Source: Clostridia bacterium
Lineage (GTDB): Bacteria; Bacillota; Clostridia; Christensenellales; Aristaeellaceae
Assembly (NCBI GenBank): GCA_030526225.1
Contig: JAUNDF010000058.1
Location: 1-14,743, forward strand
Reading direction: 5' to 3'
DNA length: 14,743 nt
Positions within the stretch are counted from its first letter, which is position 1. Each line of letters opens with the position of its first letter. Shown one piece after another: positions 1 through 6,193 of this stretch. The notes under the pieces were generated by a model. It saw only the letters and a list, made by a program, of their open reading frames with translations, had not been told where the DNA came from and did not search any database. The position numbers and the translations under genes are program-made.

Positions 1-4
1 TTTT

Positions 5-41
5 GCGCAAAAAAGAGACCTGGTTTTTGACCAAGTCTCTT
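5..41 (-). terminator. Rho-independent terminator, probable 3' end of the 157..492 transcript
   Basis: Stem 13..24 (AAGAGACCTGGT) pairs with 30..41 (ACCAAGTCTCTT), with one G.U pair and a 5-nt loop. On the minus strand the hairpin is followed directly by TTTTTT (complement of the A-run at 9..14). Confidence 0.6.
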
Positions 42-113
42 TGTCAGCGGTCTGACCTTCCCCTCTGGGGAAGGTGGCGCGCCGCTTGCGGCGTGACGGA
101 TGAGGTCTTTTAA

Positions 114-142
114 GGGGCTGTGAAAAGTGTTTTTTCACAGCT
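114..142. repeat. 29-nt hairpin element, copy A (GGGGCTGTGAAAAGTGTTTTTTCACAGCT)
   Basis: 10-bp stem 117..126 / 132..141, starting 16 nt beyond the stop of the 157..492 gene. It is 24/29 identical, in the same orientation, to 9508..9536, and one stem position differs as a compensatory pair (A-T versus G-C). Confidence 0.5.
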
Positions 143-156
143 GTGAGCAATTACCT

Positions 157-492
157 TTACTCTTCTACAACCTTGCCCATTCGTGCATAGGCGATAAAGC
201 CGAGAATGGACTGCACAATGACCATCATTGCGTACATGGGGAACATCACCGCTGCAACGGCCATCAAAATGGCGCAGGTCAGCATGGCCCATCTCTTTTT
301 GACAAAGAAGCCGACAAGAGAGAAGACTGCAGCAACAGCAACGCAAATCATGTGAGGCACAACAAGCGCCGTGGCAATCGCGCCGCCCAGATTGGTTGTA
401 CTGGCGTTGCCAAAATAAGCAACGATGTAGATGGCGTAGGCGACTGTCAGAATCATGCACAGCAAACCGGAAATGCGACCTTTGGTTTTCAT
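157..492 (-). CDS. Small integral membrane protein (111 aa, about 3 hydrophobic helices), function unknown
   Basis: ATG at 492 lies 7 nt downstream of GAGGTG (complement of 500..505). The product is dominated by long hydrophobic stretches (LLCMILTVAYAIYIVAYF, VVPHMICVAVAAVFSLVGFFV, AILMAVAAVMFPMYAMMVIVQSILGFIAY). I recognise no family. Confidence 0.65.
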   Translation of the reverse strand: MKTKGRISGLLCMILTVAYAIYIVAYFGNASTTNLGGAIATALVVPHMICVAVAAVFSLVGFFVKKRWAMLTCAILMAVAAVMFPMYAMMVIVQSILGFIAYARMGKVVEE

Positions 493-706
493 AGAGTATC
501 ACCTCATGTATGAATTTGAAAAGGAGGTTCCGAACAGCAAAATGGAATTATTTCTATGGATGGAGAAAAACAACATAAACAGCCGAACAGTATCCCCTTC
601 ACTCATATAGTATTATACATCGTGTTTGATCATTGTTCAATATTCAATATATTATATACACAACAAAAACAGAATCCCTGCGTTTGATTTCAAAATCACT
701 CCCCCC

Positions 707-734
707 TTGCTTTCCCCCTATCTCGTGCTATAAT
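707..734 (+). promoter_or_regulatory. Sigma-70-type promoter for the COG0523 gene pair
   Basis: TTGCTT (707..712), 16-nt spacer, then TGcTATAAT (extended -10; TATAAT at 729..734). The predicted 5' UTR of about 58 nt begins with a two-tier hairpin: ATGGAG 740..745 pairs with CTCCAT 769..774, and AAGGGG 749..754 pairs with CCCCTT 762..767. Confidence 0.5.
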
Positions 735-798
735 AGACAATGGAGGAAAAGGGGAATTGGGCCCCTTGCTCCATCTCAAGAAAAGAGGGAAAAAGAAC

Positions 799-2013
799 AT
801 GGTTAAGATTAACATCATTTCCGGCTTTTTGGGCGCTGGCAAAACCACGCTGATTAAAAAGCTGCTTGCCTCCGTCAGCGGTGAAAAGGTCATCCTGCTG
901 GAGAATGAATATGGCGAAGTTGGCGTGGACGGCAGCTTTATGAAGGATGCGGGCATCACCGTAACCGAGCTGAACAGCGGCTGCATCTGCTGCACCCTGG
1001 CCGGTGATTTCCAGAAGAGCATCGACGAGCTGATTGATACCTACCACCCTGACCGCATCATCGTGGAGCCTACCGGCGTGGGCAAGCTGAGCGAAATCGT
1101 CACCGCGGTGATGAAGGCTCAGGAGCGCCATCCCGATATGGTGATTTCCGGCTGTGCCACCGTGGTGGATGCCGGCAAGTGCCGTATGTATATGAAGAAT
1201 TTCGGTGAGTTCTTCCTCGATCAGGTGAAGAGCGCATCCACCATCATCTTCAGCCGCACCCAGCTGCTGACCGCCGAGCGCGTGGAAAAGAGCCGCGTGC
1301 TGATTGGCGAGGCACACCCCGGCGCCCGCGTGGTCACCACCCCCTGGGATGACCTGTCTGCCGAAACCATGCTGGAGGTTATCGAGAGCGGCAAGCCCAT
1401 GAACATCGAACTGCCCGAGCATCATCATGAGCATCATCACGACCATGATGACCATGACCACGAGCATGAACATCATCATCATGACCATGACGAGCACTGC
1501 GAATGCGGCTGCCACGATCATGACCATGAGCACCATCATGACCACGATGACCATGACCACGAGCATGAGCATCACCATGAACATCATCACCATGACGAGC
1601 ACTGCGAGTGCGGCTGCCACGATCATGACCATGAGCATCATCATCATGACCACGAGGAGCATGTGGTGGATGAACACGGCCATTGCTCCTGCGGCCATGA
1701 CCACCATCATCACCATCACCACGGCGAGCATGATGCCGATGAGGTGTTCCAGAACATCGGTGTGGAGACGGCCAACCGCTACACTCAGGATGAAATCCGC
1801 GCCATGCTGGACAAGCTCTCCGATGAGGAGGAGTACGGTGCCATCCTGCGCGCCAAGGGTGTACTGCAGACCCCCGATGGGGACTGGTTCCAGTTTGACT
1901 ATGTGCCCGGCGAAAGCCAGTTCCGCGCCGGCAGCGCCGACTACACCGGCCGTCTGTGCGTAATCGGAGCCCATGTGGAGGAAAGCGCAGTCCGTGCGCT
2001 GTTTAGAGTATGA
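799..2013 (+). CDS. COG0523/CobW-family metallochaperone GTPase with a very long His/Asp/Glu/Cys-rich insert
   Basis: Walker A GFLGAGKTT (823..849). Canonical COG0523 CxCC motif GCICCT (Cys codons within 982..993). Switch-like IIVEPTGVG. CobW_C-like C-terminus (ILRAKGVL...GRLCVIGA). ATG 799 lies 8 nt after AGAGGGA. The upstream in-frame ATG at 757 falls inside the 5'-UTR hairpin and has no RBS. Confidence 0.9.
   Translation: MVKINIISGFLGAGKTTLIKKLLASVSGEKVILLENEYGEVGVDGSFMKDAGITVTELNSGCICCTLAGDFQKSIDELIDTYHPDRIIVEPTGVGKLSEIVTAVMKAQERHPDMVISGCATVVDAGKCRMYMKNFGEFFLDQVKSASTIIFSRTQLLTAERVEKSRVLIGEAHPGARVVTTPWDDLSAETMLEVIESGKPMNIELPEHHHEHHHDHDDHDHEHEHHHHDHDEHCECGCHDHDHEHHHDHDDHDHEHEHHHEHHHHDEHCECGCHDHDHEHHHHDHEEHVVDEHGHCSCGHDHHHHHHHGEHDADEVFQNIGVETANRYTQDEIRAMLDKLSDEEEYGAILRAKGVLQTPDGDWFQFDYVPGESQFRAGSADYTGRLCVIGAHVEESAVRALFRV
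1441..1644 (+). repeat. In-frame tandem duplication (99-nt and 105-nt units) inside the His-rich tract
   Basis: Unit 1 (1441..1539) and unit 2 (1540..1644) both read GACCAyGATGACCATGACCACGAGCATGArCAT...GACGAGCACTGCGArTGCGGCTGCCACGATCATGACCATGAGCAyCATCAT. Each encodes DHDDHDHEHEHH...DEHCECGCHDHDHEHHH. A diverged third unit follows, containing HCSCGH. Confidence 0.75.
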
Positions 2014-2960
2014 GAGAGCAGCAGATTATCCCCGTATATGTGATTACCGGCTTTCTGGAAAGCGGCAAGACCACGCTGATTCAATCCATGATTGAGGATA
2101 CCGGCTTTTCCCGCGGCCAGAAAACGCTGATTCTCCGCTGTGAGGACGGCGAGGTGGAGTACGATGATTTCCTCAAGCCCGAGCACTGCGTGACCGTGGT
2201 GCCCTTTGAGGAAGCATCCGAAATGACCAGCCTGAAGCTGAAGAGCATCAACAACGAATACAAGCCCGAGCGCGTCATCATCGAGTACAACAACGTGTGG
2301 GGCGTGGAGCTGCTGGGCCGCATCAACCTGCCCCCCAAGTGGGAGTATGTGCAGGTCATCAGCCTTGCAGACGGCACCACCTTTGACAACTACATGACCA
2401 ACATGCGCCAAATGATGACCGACCCCATGAAGGAAGCCGACCTGATTATGGTCAACCGCTGCCGCCCCGAGGATCCCAAGAGCGCATGGCGCCGGCTGCT
2501 GAAGGGTGTGAACCAGCAGTGCAACATCATGTTTGAAAACCTGGACGGCACCACCGAGGACGGCGTGAGCGATGAGGACCTGCCCTATGACATGAAGGCG
2601 GACATCATCGACATCAAGGATGAGGATGTGGGCATCTTCTACATGGACAGCCTCGATCACCCCGACCGGTACGATGGCAAAACCGTGCGGCTGGTGGGTG
2701 TGTGCTATCCCGACAAGACCATGCCCAACGGCTTCTATCTCTTCGGCCGCGAAGCCATGACCTGCTGTGCCGATGACATTGCGAAAATCGGCTGGGTGAC
2801 CCGCGGTACCCAGAAGCCCAACGCCAAGCGCTTTGTGCGCATCACTGCCCGCTGCCAGATGATGATTTCTCCAGACGGCAGCCAGCGCGTGCTGATGCTC
2901 CACGAGGGCAAAATCGAACCCGCCAACGCACCCAAGGAAGAGTACGTCACCTTCGGTTAA
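2010..2960 (+). CDS. Degenerate COG0523/CobW-like P-loop protein with a Cys-Cys-x-Asp-Asp C-terminal domain
   Basis: Its ATG overlaps the upstream TGA (ATGA at 2010..2013), indicating translational coupling. Walker A is retained (GFLESGKTT). The CxCC motif is absent and the switch and NKxD-like motifs are diverged (IIEYNNVWG, IMVNRCRP). The C-terminal ~100 aa contain FGREAMTCCADDIAKIGWV. Confidence 0.85.
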   Translation: MREQQIIPVYVITGFLESGKTTLIQSMIEDTGFSRGQKTLILRCEDGEVEYDDFLKPEHCVTVVPFEEASEMTSLKLKSINNEYKPERVIIEYNNVWGVELLGRINLPPKWEYVQVISLADGTTFDNYMTNMRQMMTDPMKEADLIMVNRCRPEDPKSAWRRLLKGVNQQCNIMFENLDGTTEDGVSDEDLPYDMKADIIDIKDEDVGIFYMDSLDHPDRYDGKTVRLVGVCYPDKTMPNGFYLFGREAMTCCADDIAKIGWVTRGTQKPNAKRFVRITARCQMMISPDGSQRVLMLHEGKIEPANAPKEEYVTFG

Positions 2961-3008
2961 ACCCCTTCGGGGTCGGGGTACCTTTTTCACCCATCAAACA
3001 ATCAGATG

Positions 3009-3050
3009 GCGCGGCACGGCTTTACAGGCCATGCCGCGCTTTGTGCAATT
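3009..3050 (+). terminator. Rho-independent terminator after the COG0523 pair
   Basis: 12-bp GC-rich stem 3009..3020 / 3028..3039 with one C.A mismatch and a 7-nt loop, followed by TTTGTGCAATTTTCTTTTT. A small ACCCC-TTCG-GGGT hairpin (2961..2973) sits immediately after the stop codon. Confidence 0.6.
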
Positions 3051-3073
3051 TTCTTTTTGAAAAGGAGCAGCGC

Positions 3074-3547
3074 ATGTTTTCAAGTGTACGCCGTCTGGTG
3101 GCCATGATTCTGCTTTTTATCGGGCTGATGTTCCTGCTGCCCGGCGGCATTATGCTGATGAACCGCGACAAGCTGCCCATCAGCCGCGACCCTGCAGTGG
3201 TGTTGCTTTTGACCATCTTCAGTGCCGTGGGTGCCGCGCTGGTGCTGCCGGCTGTGATTCTCATTGCGCTGGACATCCATGCCAGGCGCCGGGATGAGAT
3301 GCTCGTCGCCATGGGTCAGCGCGAATGGGTGCAGATTACCCGTGTGGAGCAGGTGATGAATGTGACCATCAACGGTCAGCATCCCTGGCGCGCCTATGCA
3401 GAATGCACTCATCCCATCACCTACGAACCTGTCACCCTGAAGAGCAAGCTGCTCCAGAAGAACATCCCGCAGGTGGGTGACACCGTTGAAGCCGTGTTCG
3501 ACCAGTACAAAGAAAAGCGGTATGTACTGCTGCTTCAGGAAGGATAG
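3074..3547 (+). CDS. Membrane protein: two N-terminal TM helices plus a ~85-aa soluble C-terminal domain, function unknown
   Basis: AAAGGAG (3061..3067) lies 6 nt before ATG 3074, so the ORF-track start at 3041 is less likely. TM segments are LVAMILLFIGLMFLLPGGIMLM and VVLLLTIFSAVGAALVLPAVILIAL. The gene ends with TAG at 3545..3547, so TAG functions as a stop codon in this genome. Confidence 0.7.
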   Translation: MFSSVRRLVAMILLFIGLMFLLPGGIMLMNRDKLPISRDPAVVLLLTIFSAVGAALVLPAVILIALDIHARRRDEMLVAMGQREWVQITRVEQVMNVTINGQHPWRAYAECTHPITYEPVTLKSKLLQKNIPQVGDTVEAVFDQYKEKRYVLLLQEG

Positions 3548-3553
3548 TGACTC

Positions 3554-4033
3554 ATGGCTATAACCATCATCGCCGTAGGCAAAATGAAAGAAAAGCCCTT
3601 CCGCGCCATGGCGGATGAGTACCTCAAGCGCCTGAGCCGCTTCGGCAAAACCGAGGAAATCGAGCTGCCTGATTTGCCCGAACCGCAGATGACCTCTGCC
3701 GCCATTGAAAAGCAAATCAAGGACAAGGAAGGGGAGGCCATCCTCAGCCGCATCAAGCCCTCGGATTACGTCATCGCCATGACCATCCCCGGCAAGCAGT
3801 GGGACAGCCCCGGCCTTTCCCGTCACATGGAGGACCTGATGAGCGCCGGGCGGTCGAATCTGGTGTTTGTTATCGGCGGCTCTCTGGGCATTGCGGATGC
3901 GGTGCTGAAGCGCGCCGACGAGGAAATCAGCATGAGCAAAATGACCTTCCCCCATCAGCTGGCCCGGGTGATGCTCCTTGAGCAGCTCTACCGCGCCCAG
4001 AAAATCCGGGCAGGGGAAAGGTATCACAAGTAA
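3554..4033 (+). CDS. rlmH: 23S rRNA (pseudouridine1915-N3)-methyltransferase RlmH (SPOUT family)
   Basis: 159 aa, the typical RlmH length. Typical N-terminus (ITIIAVGKMKE...YLKRL) and SPOUT knot region (VFVIGGSLGIADAVLKRADEEISMSKMTFPHQLARVMLLEQLYRA). Starts 6 nt after the upstream stop. Confidence 0.93.
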   Translation: MAITIIAVGKMKEKPFRAMADEYLKRLSRFGKTEEIELPDLPEPQMTSAAIEKQIKDKEGEAILSRIKPSDYVIAMTIPGKQWDSPGLSRHMEDLMSAGRSNLVFVIGGSLGIADAVLKRADEEISMSKMTFPHQLARVMLLEQLYRAQKIRAGERYHK

Positions 4034-4062
4034 TCGGCGCCTGCCGGAAGGGAAGTGATGCG

Positions 4063-4809
4063 ATGCAGGGCTATGTCGATTTGTGCGGCACACCGCTGGA
4101 CCTGTCGAAGGTGAAGGACTTTCGGCTTGGGGTGGTGGAGTACATCTTCCAGCCATCCTACCGGGAAGTGATTTACAAAACCGAGCGCACATGGTTCCGT
4201 CCGGAAACGGTGACCTCTGCCATTGAGTTCTACAAAATGGAGCCCTACGGTGTGGTGCTGGACCGGTACGACGGCTTTGACCTGCGCAGCTACTACCCGC
4301 AGTCGGTGTTTGATACCATCGCCCAGCAGGCGGCCATGACGGGACAATCCATCGTATCCGGTGTGAGCAACGCTGTGTCGGATCTGCTGAAGCTGGACCG
4401 CACCGAAACCGAGCCAAAGACCATCAGAAGGCGGTCGGGCGCGGTGGAAACAAAGCTTCTGCGGGATATCCCCGTCAAGGTTTATTACCGGAACAAGCAG
4501 GTGGCCGATGTGCCGAAAAACAGCGACATCCTGAAGGATGTGGACCATCCGCCGCTGTCGGCAGTGCGGGAGGTACACGCCCTGCTGGTGATGGCAGACA
4601 AGCCTGTTGTGGTGTACGGCAGCGGCATCGACACGGACGATGTGGATGACATCTACCGCTACTTCCTGCAGCTGAAGCAGGAGGAGCTGCACCGGGAGCG
4701 TGACCGGCAAAGCAAAAAAGGCATGCTGAACATTCAGCTGCCCAATCCCTTCGTCAGCGGAAAACCACGGGAATCCACTGAATCAAAAACAAATCAAACA
4801 ATCAAATAA
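4063..4809 (+). CDS. Hypothetical cytoplasmic protein, 248 aa, no recognisable domain
   Basis: Long ORF in the same orientation as its neighbours, starting 29 nt after rlmH with no intervening terminator. A purine-rich GGAAGGGAAG precedes the ATG. No signal peptide or TM segment. Charged C-terminal tail. Stop lies 14 nt before the RNase gene. Confidence 0.65.
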   Translation: MQGYVDLCGTPLDLSKVKDFRLGVVEYIFQPSYREVIYKTERTWFRPETVTSAIEFYKMEPYGVVLDRYDGFDLRSYYPQSVFDTIAQQAAMTGQSIVSGVSNAVSDLLKLDRTETEPKTIRRRSGAVETKLLRDIPVKVYYRNKQVADVPKNSDILKDVDHPPLSAVREVHALLVMADKPVVVYGSGIDTDDVDDIYRYFLQLKQEELHRERDRQSKKGMLNIQLPNPFVSGKPRESTESKTNQTIK

Positions 4810-4823
4810 GGAGAACATCAACC

Positions 4824-5426
4824 ATGAACATGAAAAAACTCCTGACCCGGTTCCTGGCGGTCTTTGCGGCGCTGTTGATGATGTTCGGTGCTTCCCAGGG
4901 CGCACTGGAGCAGCTGGCACAGGGACAGTTCCCCGTAAGCAGTGCACAGGCGGAGCTGGTGGCCGCCAAGCGGAAAACCACTCCGACCCCCAAGCCCAAG
5001 AAGACACCCAAGCCCACGCAAGTTGCCACGGCAACCCCCAAGCCGGAAAGCGCCAAGCCCACCGCAACCCCCGTCCCCGACGGCCCGATTATCGAGCCTC
5101 AGGCCATTGCGGATTACATCTTCGCCAACGGCTGCCTGCCGGATAACTTCATCACCAAGAAGGAAGCGCAGAATCTGGGCTGGGACAGCTACTACAACTA
5201 CGTCAGCGATGTAGCCCCCGGCAAATCCATCGGCGGCGACCGCTTCGGCAACTATGAGGGTCTGCTGCCCAAGGCAAAGGGCCGGCAGTATTACGAGGCC
5301 GACTGCTACTACACCAAGGGCAGACGCAACGCCTACCGCATCATCTTCTCCAATGACGGTCTGGTGTACTACACCGAGGACCACTACAAGACCTTCATTG
5401 AAATGAAGCCCAGCACAGAAAAATAA
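4824..5426 (+). CDS. Secreted barnase-family (microbial guanyl-specific) ribonuclease with signal peptide and Pro/Thr/Lys linker
   Basis: AAGGAG (4808..4813) lies 10 nt before the ATG. N-terminal signal peptide (KKLLTRFLAVFAALLMMFGASQG). Linker TTPTPKPKKTPKPTQVATATPKPESAKPTATPVP. The C-terminal ~110 aa match barnase by eye: ADYI...LPDNFITKKEAQNLGW, DVAPGKSIGGDRF, YYEAD, KGRRNAYRIIFS, YYTEDHYKTF. Confidence 0.9.
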   Translation: MNMKKLLTRFLAVFAALLMMFGASQGALEQLAQGQFPVSSAQAELVAAKRKTTPTPKPKKTPKPTQVATATPKPESAKPTATPVPDGPIIEPQAIADYIFANGCLPDNFITKKEAQNLGWDSYYNYVSDVAPGKSIGGDRFGNYEGLLPKAKGRQYYEADCYYTKGRRNAYRIIFSNDGLVYYTEDHYKTFIEMKPSTEK

Positions 5427-5429
5427 CAA

Positions 5430-5474
5430 ATCGGCTCCCCTGACAAACGATGGTCGGGGGAGCCGATGTTTTTT
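5430..5474. terminator. Bidirectional terminator shared by the convergent RNase and hicB transcripts
   Basis: 11-bp stem ATCGGCTCCCC (5430..5440) / GGGGAGCCGAT (5457..5467). It is followed by GTTTTTT on the plus strand and by a T-rich run (TTGTTATTTTT) on the minus strand. Confidence 0.75.
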
Positions 5475-5829
5475 ATCTTCCTGCGGATTGCTGGCTGAGC
5501 AGATACACGCAGTACTGATTCATGCTGATGCCCTCGCGCCGGGACTGCATGGCCAGCTGGCGGTGGAGGGATTTGGGCAGCCGCAGCTTAAACTGACCGG
5601 AGAACTCCTCTTCAGCTTCCGGCAGGGGGATAACGCAGCCATCCTCCATGGCGGCGGTCAGCCACTGGCGCTTGGCATCCTCCGCATTGGCCATGGCCTG
5701 TTCAAGGGTATCGGCACAGGTGAGGCAGCCCTTCAATTCCGGAAAGGAAACCACATAGCCACCCTCGGAGGGGTCGGGAATCACTTCCATACGATAAGGA
5801 GCACGCATATATTCTTCAATGCTTTTCAT
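5473..5829 (-). CDS. hicB: HicB-family type II antitoxin with C-terminal ribbon-helix-helix DNA-binding domain
   Basis: HicB N-domain signature YRMEVIPDPSEGGYVVSFPELKGCLTCADTLEQAMANAEDA. C-terminal RHH segment QFKLRLPKSLHRQLAMQSRREGISMNQYCVYLL. GAGGAGGA lies about 8 nt upstream of the ATG. Confidence 0.85.
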   Translation of the reverse strand: MKSIEEYMRAPYRMEVIPDPSEGGYVVSFPELKGCLTCADTLEQAMANAEDAKRQWLTAAMEDGCVIPLPEAEEEFSGQFKLRLPKSLHRQLAMQSRREGISMNQYCVYLLSQQSAGR

Positions 5830-5887
5830 GTTGCTTTTCCTCCTCTGCTAAAACAACATCGCGAACCATTTCAACATAAATCCTTAT

Positions 5888-6193
5888 TTAACCTTCAAAA
5901 ATCCCCATGACTGCATCGGTAATATCCATGATGTCGAAATAGTGGGTGGAGGTCAGCTTGGTATAGCGGCGCTGGCGCAGGTCGAGATAGCGCACCTGCT
6001 CGCAGAGCACATAGCCCTCAACCGGTACGCCGGTCAGGGGAATATGCAGAGGGCCGGGGATGGCGTTTCGCACAATGGGGCAAACGAGGACGGCGTTTTC
6101 CTTGTTGAAAAAGTTGTTGCTCACCACAATGACCGGGTGGGCGATGCCCTCGATTTTCAGCAGGTCACCTTGCTCTGCGCACAGCATTACCAC
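5888..6193 (-). CDS. mazF: MazF/PemK-family endoribonuclease toxin
   Basis: Collinear with E. coli MazF by eye: GDLLKIEG / HPVIVVS..FNK / LVCPIV / EGYVLCEQVRYLDLRQR / ITDAVMGIF. The ORF-track start at 6193 is a GTG. The ATG at 6187 overlaps the mazE stop (TAATG) and is at least as likely to be the true start. Confidence 0.85.
   Translation of the reverse strand: MVMLCAEQGDLLKIEGIAHPVIVVSNNFFNKENAVLVCPIVRNAIPGPLHIPLTGVPVEGYVLCEQVRYLDLRQRRYTKLTSTHYFDIMDITDAVMGIFEG

Noticed and set aside
57-100. Additional small hairpins (CCTTCCC-TCTG-GGGAAGG at 57..74, and a GC-rich stem around 76..95) in the 3' region of the 157..492 gene, considered as a possible sRNA.
   Set aside because: There is no promoter, no conserved motif and no independent terminator beyond the one at 5..41. 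They are most simply part of a structured 3' UTR.
542-610. A 22-codon mini-ORF (MELFLWMEKNNINSRTVSPSLI) downstream of a strong AAGGAGG at 521..527.
   Set aside because: The SD-to-ATG spacing is 14 nt and there is no start codon at a proper distance. The product has no distinguishing features. I cannot support it as a leader peptide or small protein.
590-700. A Zur/Fur-type operator upstream of the COG0523 genes.
   Set aside because: I looked for a 7-1-7 or 9-1-9 AT-rich palindrome of the TGATAAT-N-ATTATCA or TCGTAAT-N-ATTACGA type. I found only weak partial symmetry (for example ATATAGTATTATACAT). This is not good enough to call without a PWM scan.
718-1974. A 418-aa minus-strand ORF (Met/Val-rich, MVMMVVMAAG...) and a 178-aa alternate-frame ORF at 1427..1963 (MSIITTMMTMTT...), both overlapping the first COG0523 gene.
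   Set aside because: They are mirror or frameshift images of the CAT/CAC/GAC-rich His tract: His codons read as ATG/GTG on the complement. They have no RBS and low-complexity products, while the plus-strand frame has clear P-loop, CxCC and CobW_C motifs.
3021-3049. A possible promoter, TTTACA-17 nt-TGCAAT, embedded in the terminator hairpin upstream of the 3074 gene.
   Set aside because: The -10 matches only 4/6 and the -35 lies in the hairpin loop. The 3074-rlmH genes may instead be expressed by read-through. There is not enough evidence to list it as a feature.
3080-4417. Long antisense ORFs with no homologue-like motifs: 3080..4417 (445 aa), 1941..2990, 4024..4710, 4818..5429, 6683..7375, 7246..9438 (730 aa), 9368..12046 (892 aa) and 13083..13703.
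   Set aside because: Each lies opposite a gene with strong family motifs (rlmH, RNase, SBP, kinase, leuS, Fic). Their products are Gly/Ala/His/Val/Leu-rich low-complexity strings, as expected from stop-poor antisense frames in DNA with C/G-ending codons.
4600-4700. A faint resemblance between VVVYGSGIDTDDVDDIYRYFLQLKQEEL in the 248-aa ORF and the N-terminal strand-helix of barstar ([22 protein letters not shown]).
   Set aside because: The match is short and low in identity, and it lies at the wrong end of the protein. The barnase-binding helix motif (..D.LWD.L.GW..) does not follow it, so this is probably chance.
4942-5214. The alternate-frame ORF 4942..5214 (+), which is Pro/Ser/Arg-rich, and minus-strand ORFs 4783..5067 and 4802..5062 over the RNase linker.
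   Set aside because: These are artefacts of the repetitive CCC/AAG/ACC linker DNA. The annotated frame carries a signal peptide and the barnase domain.
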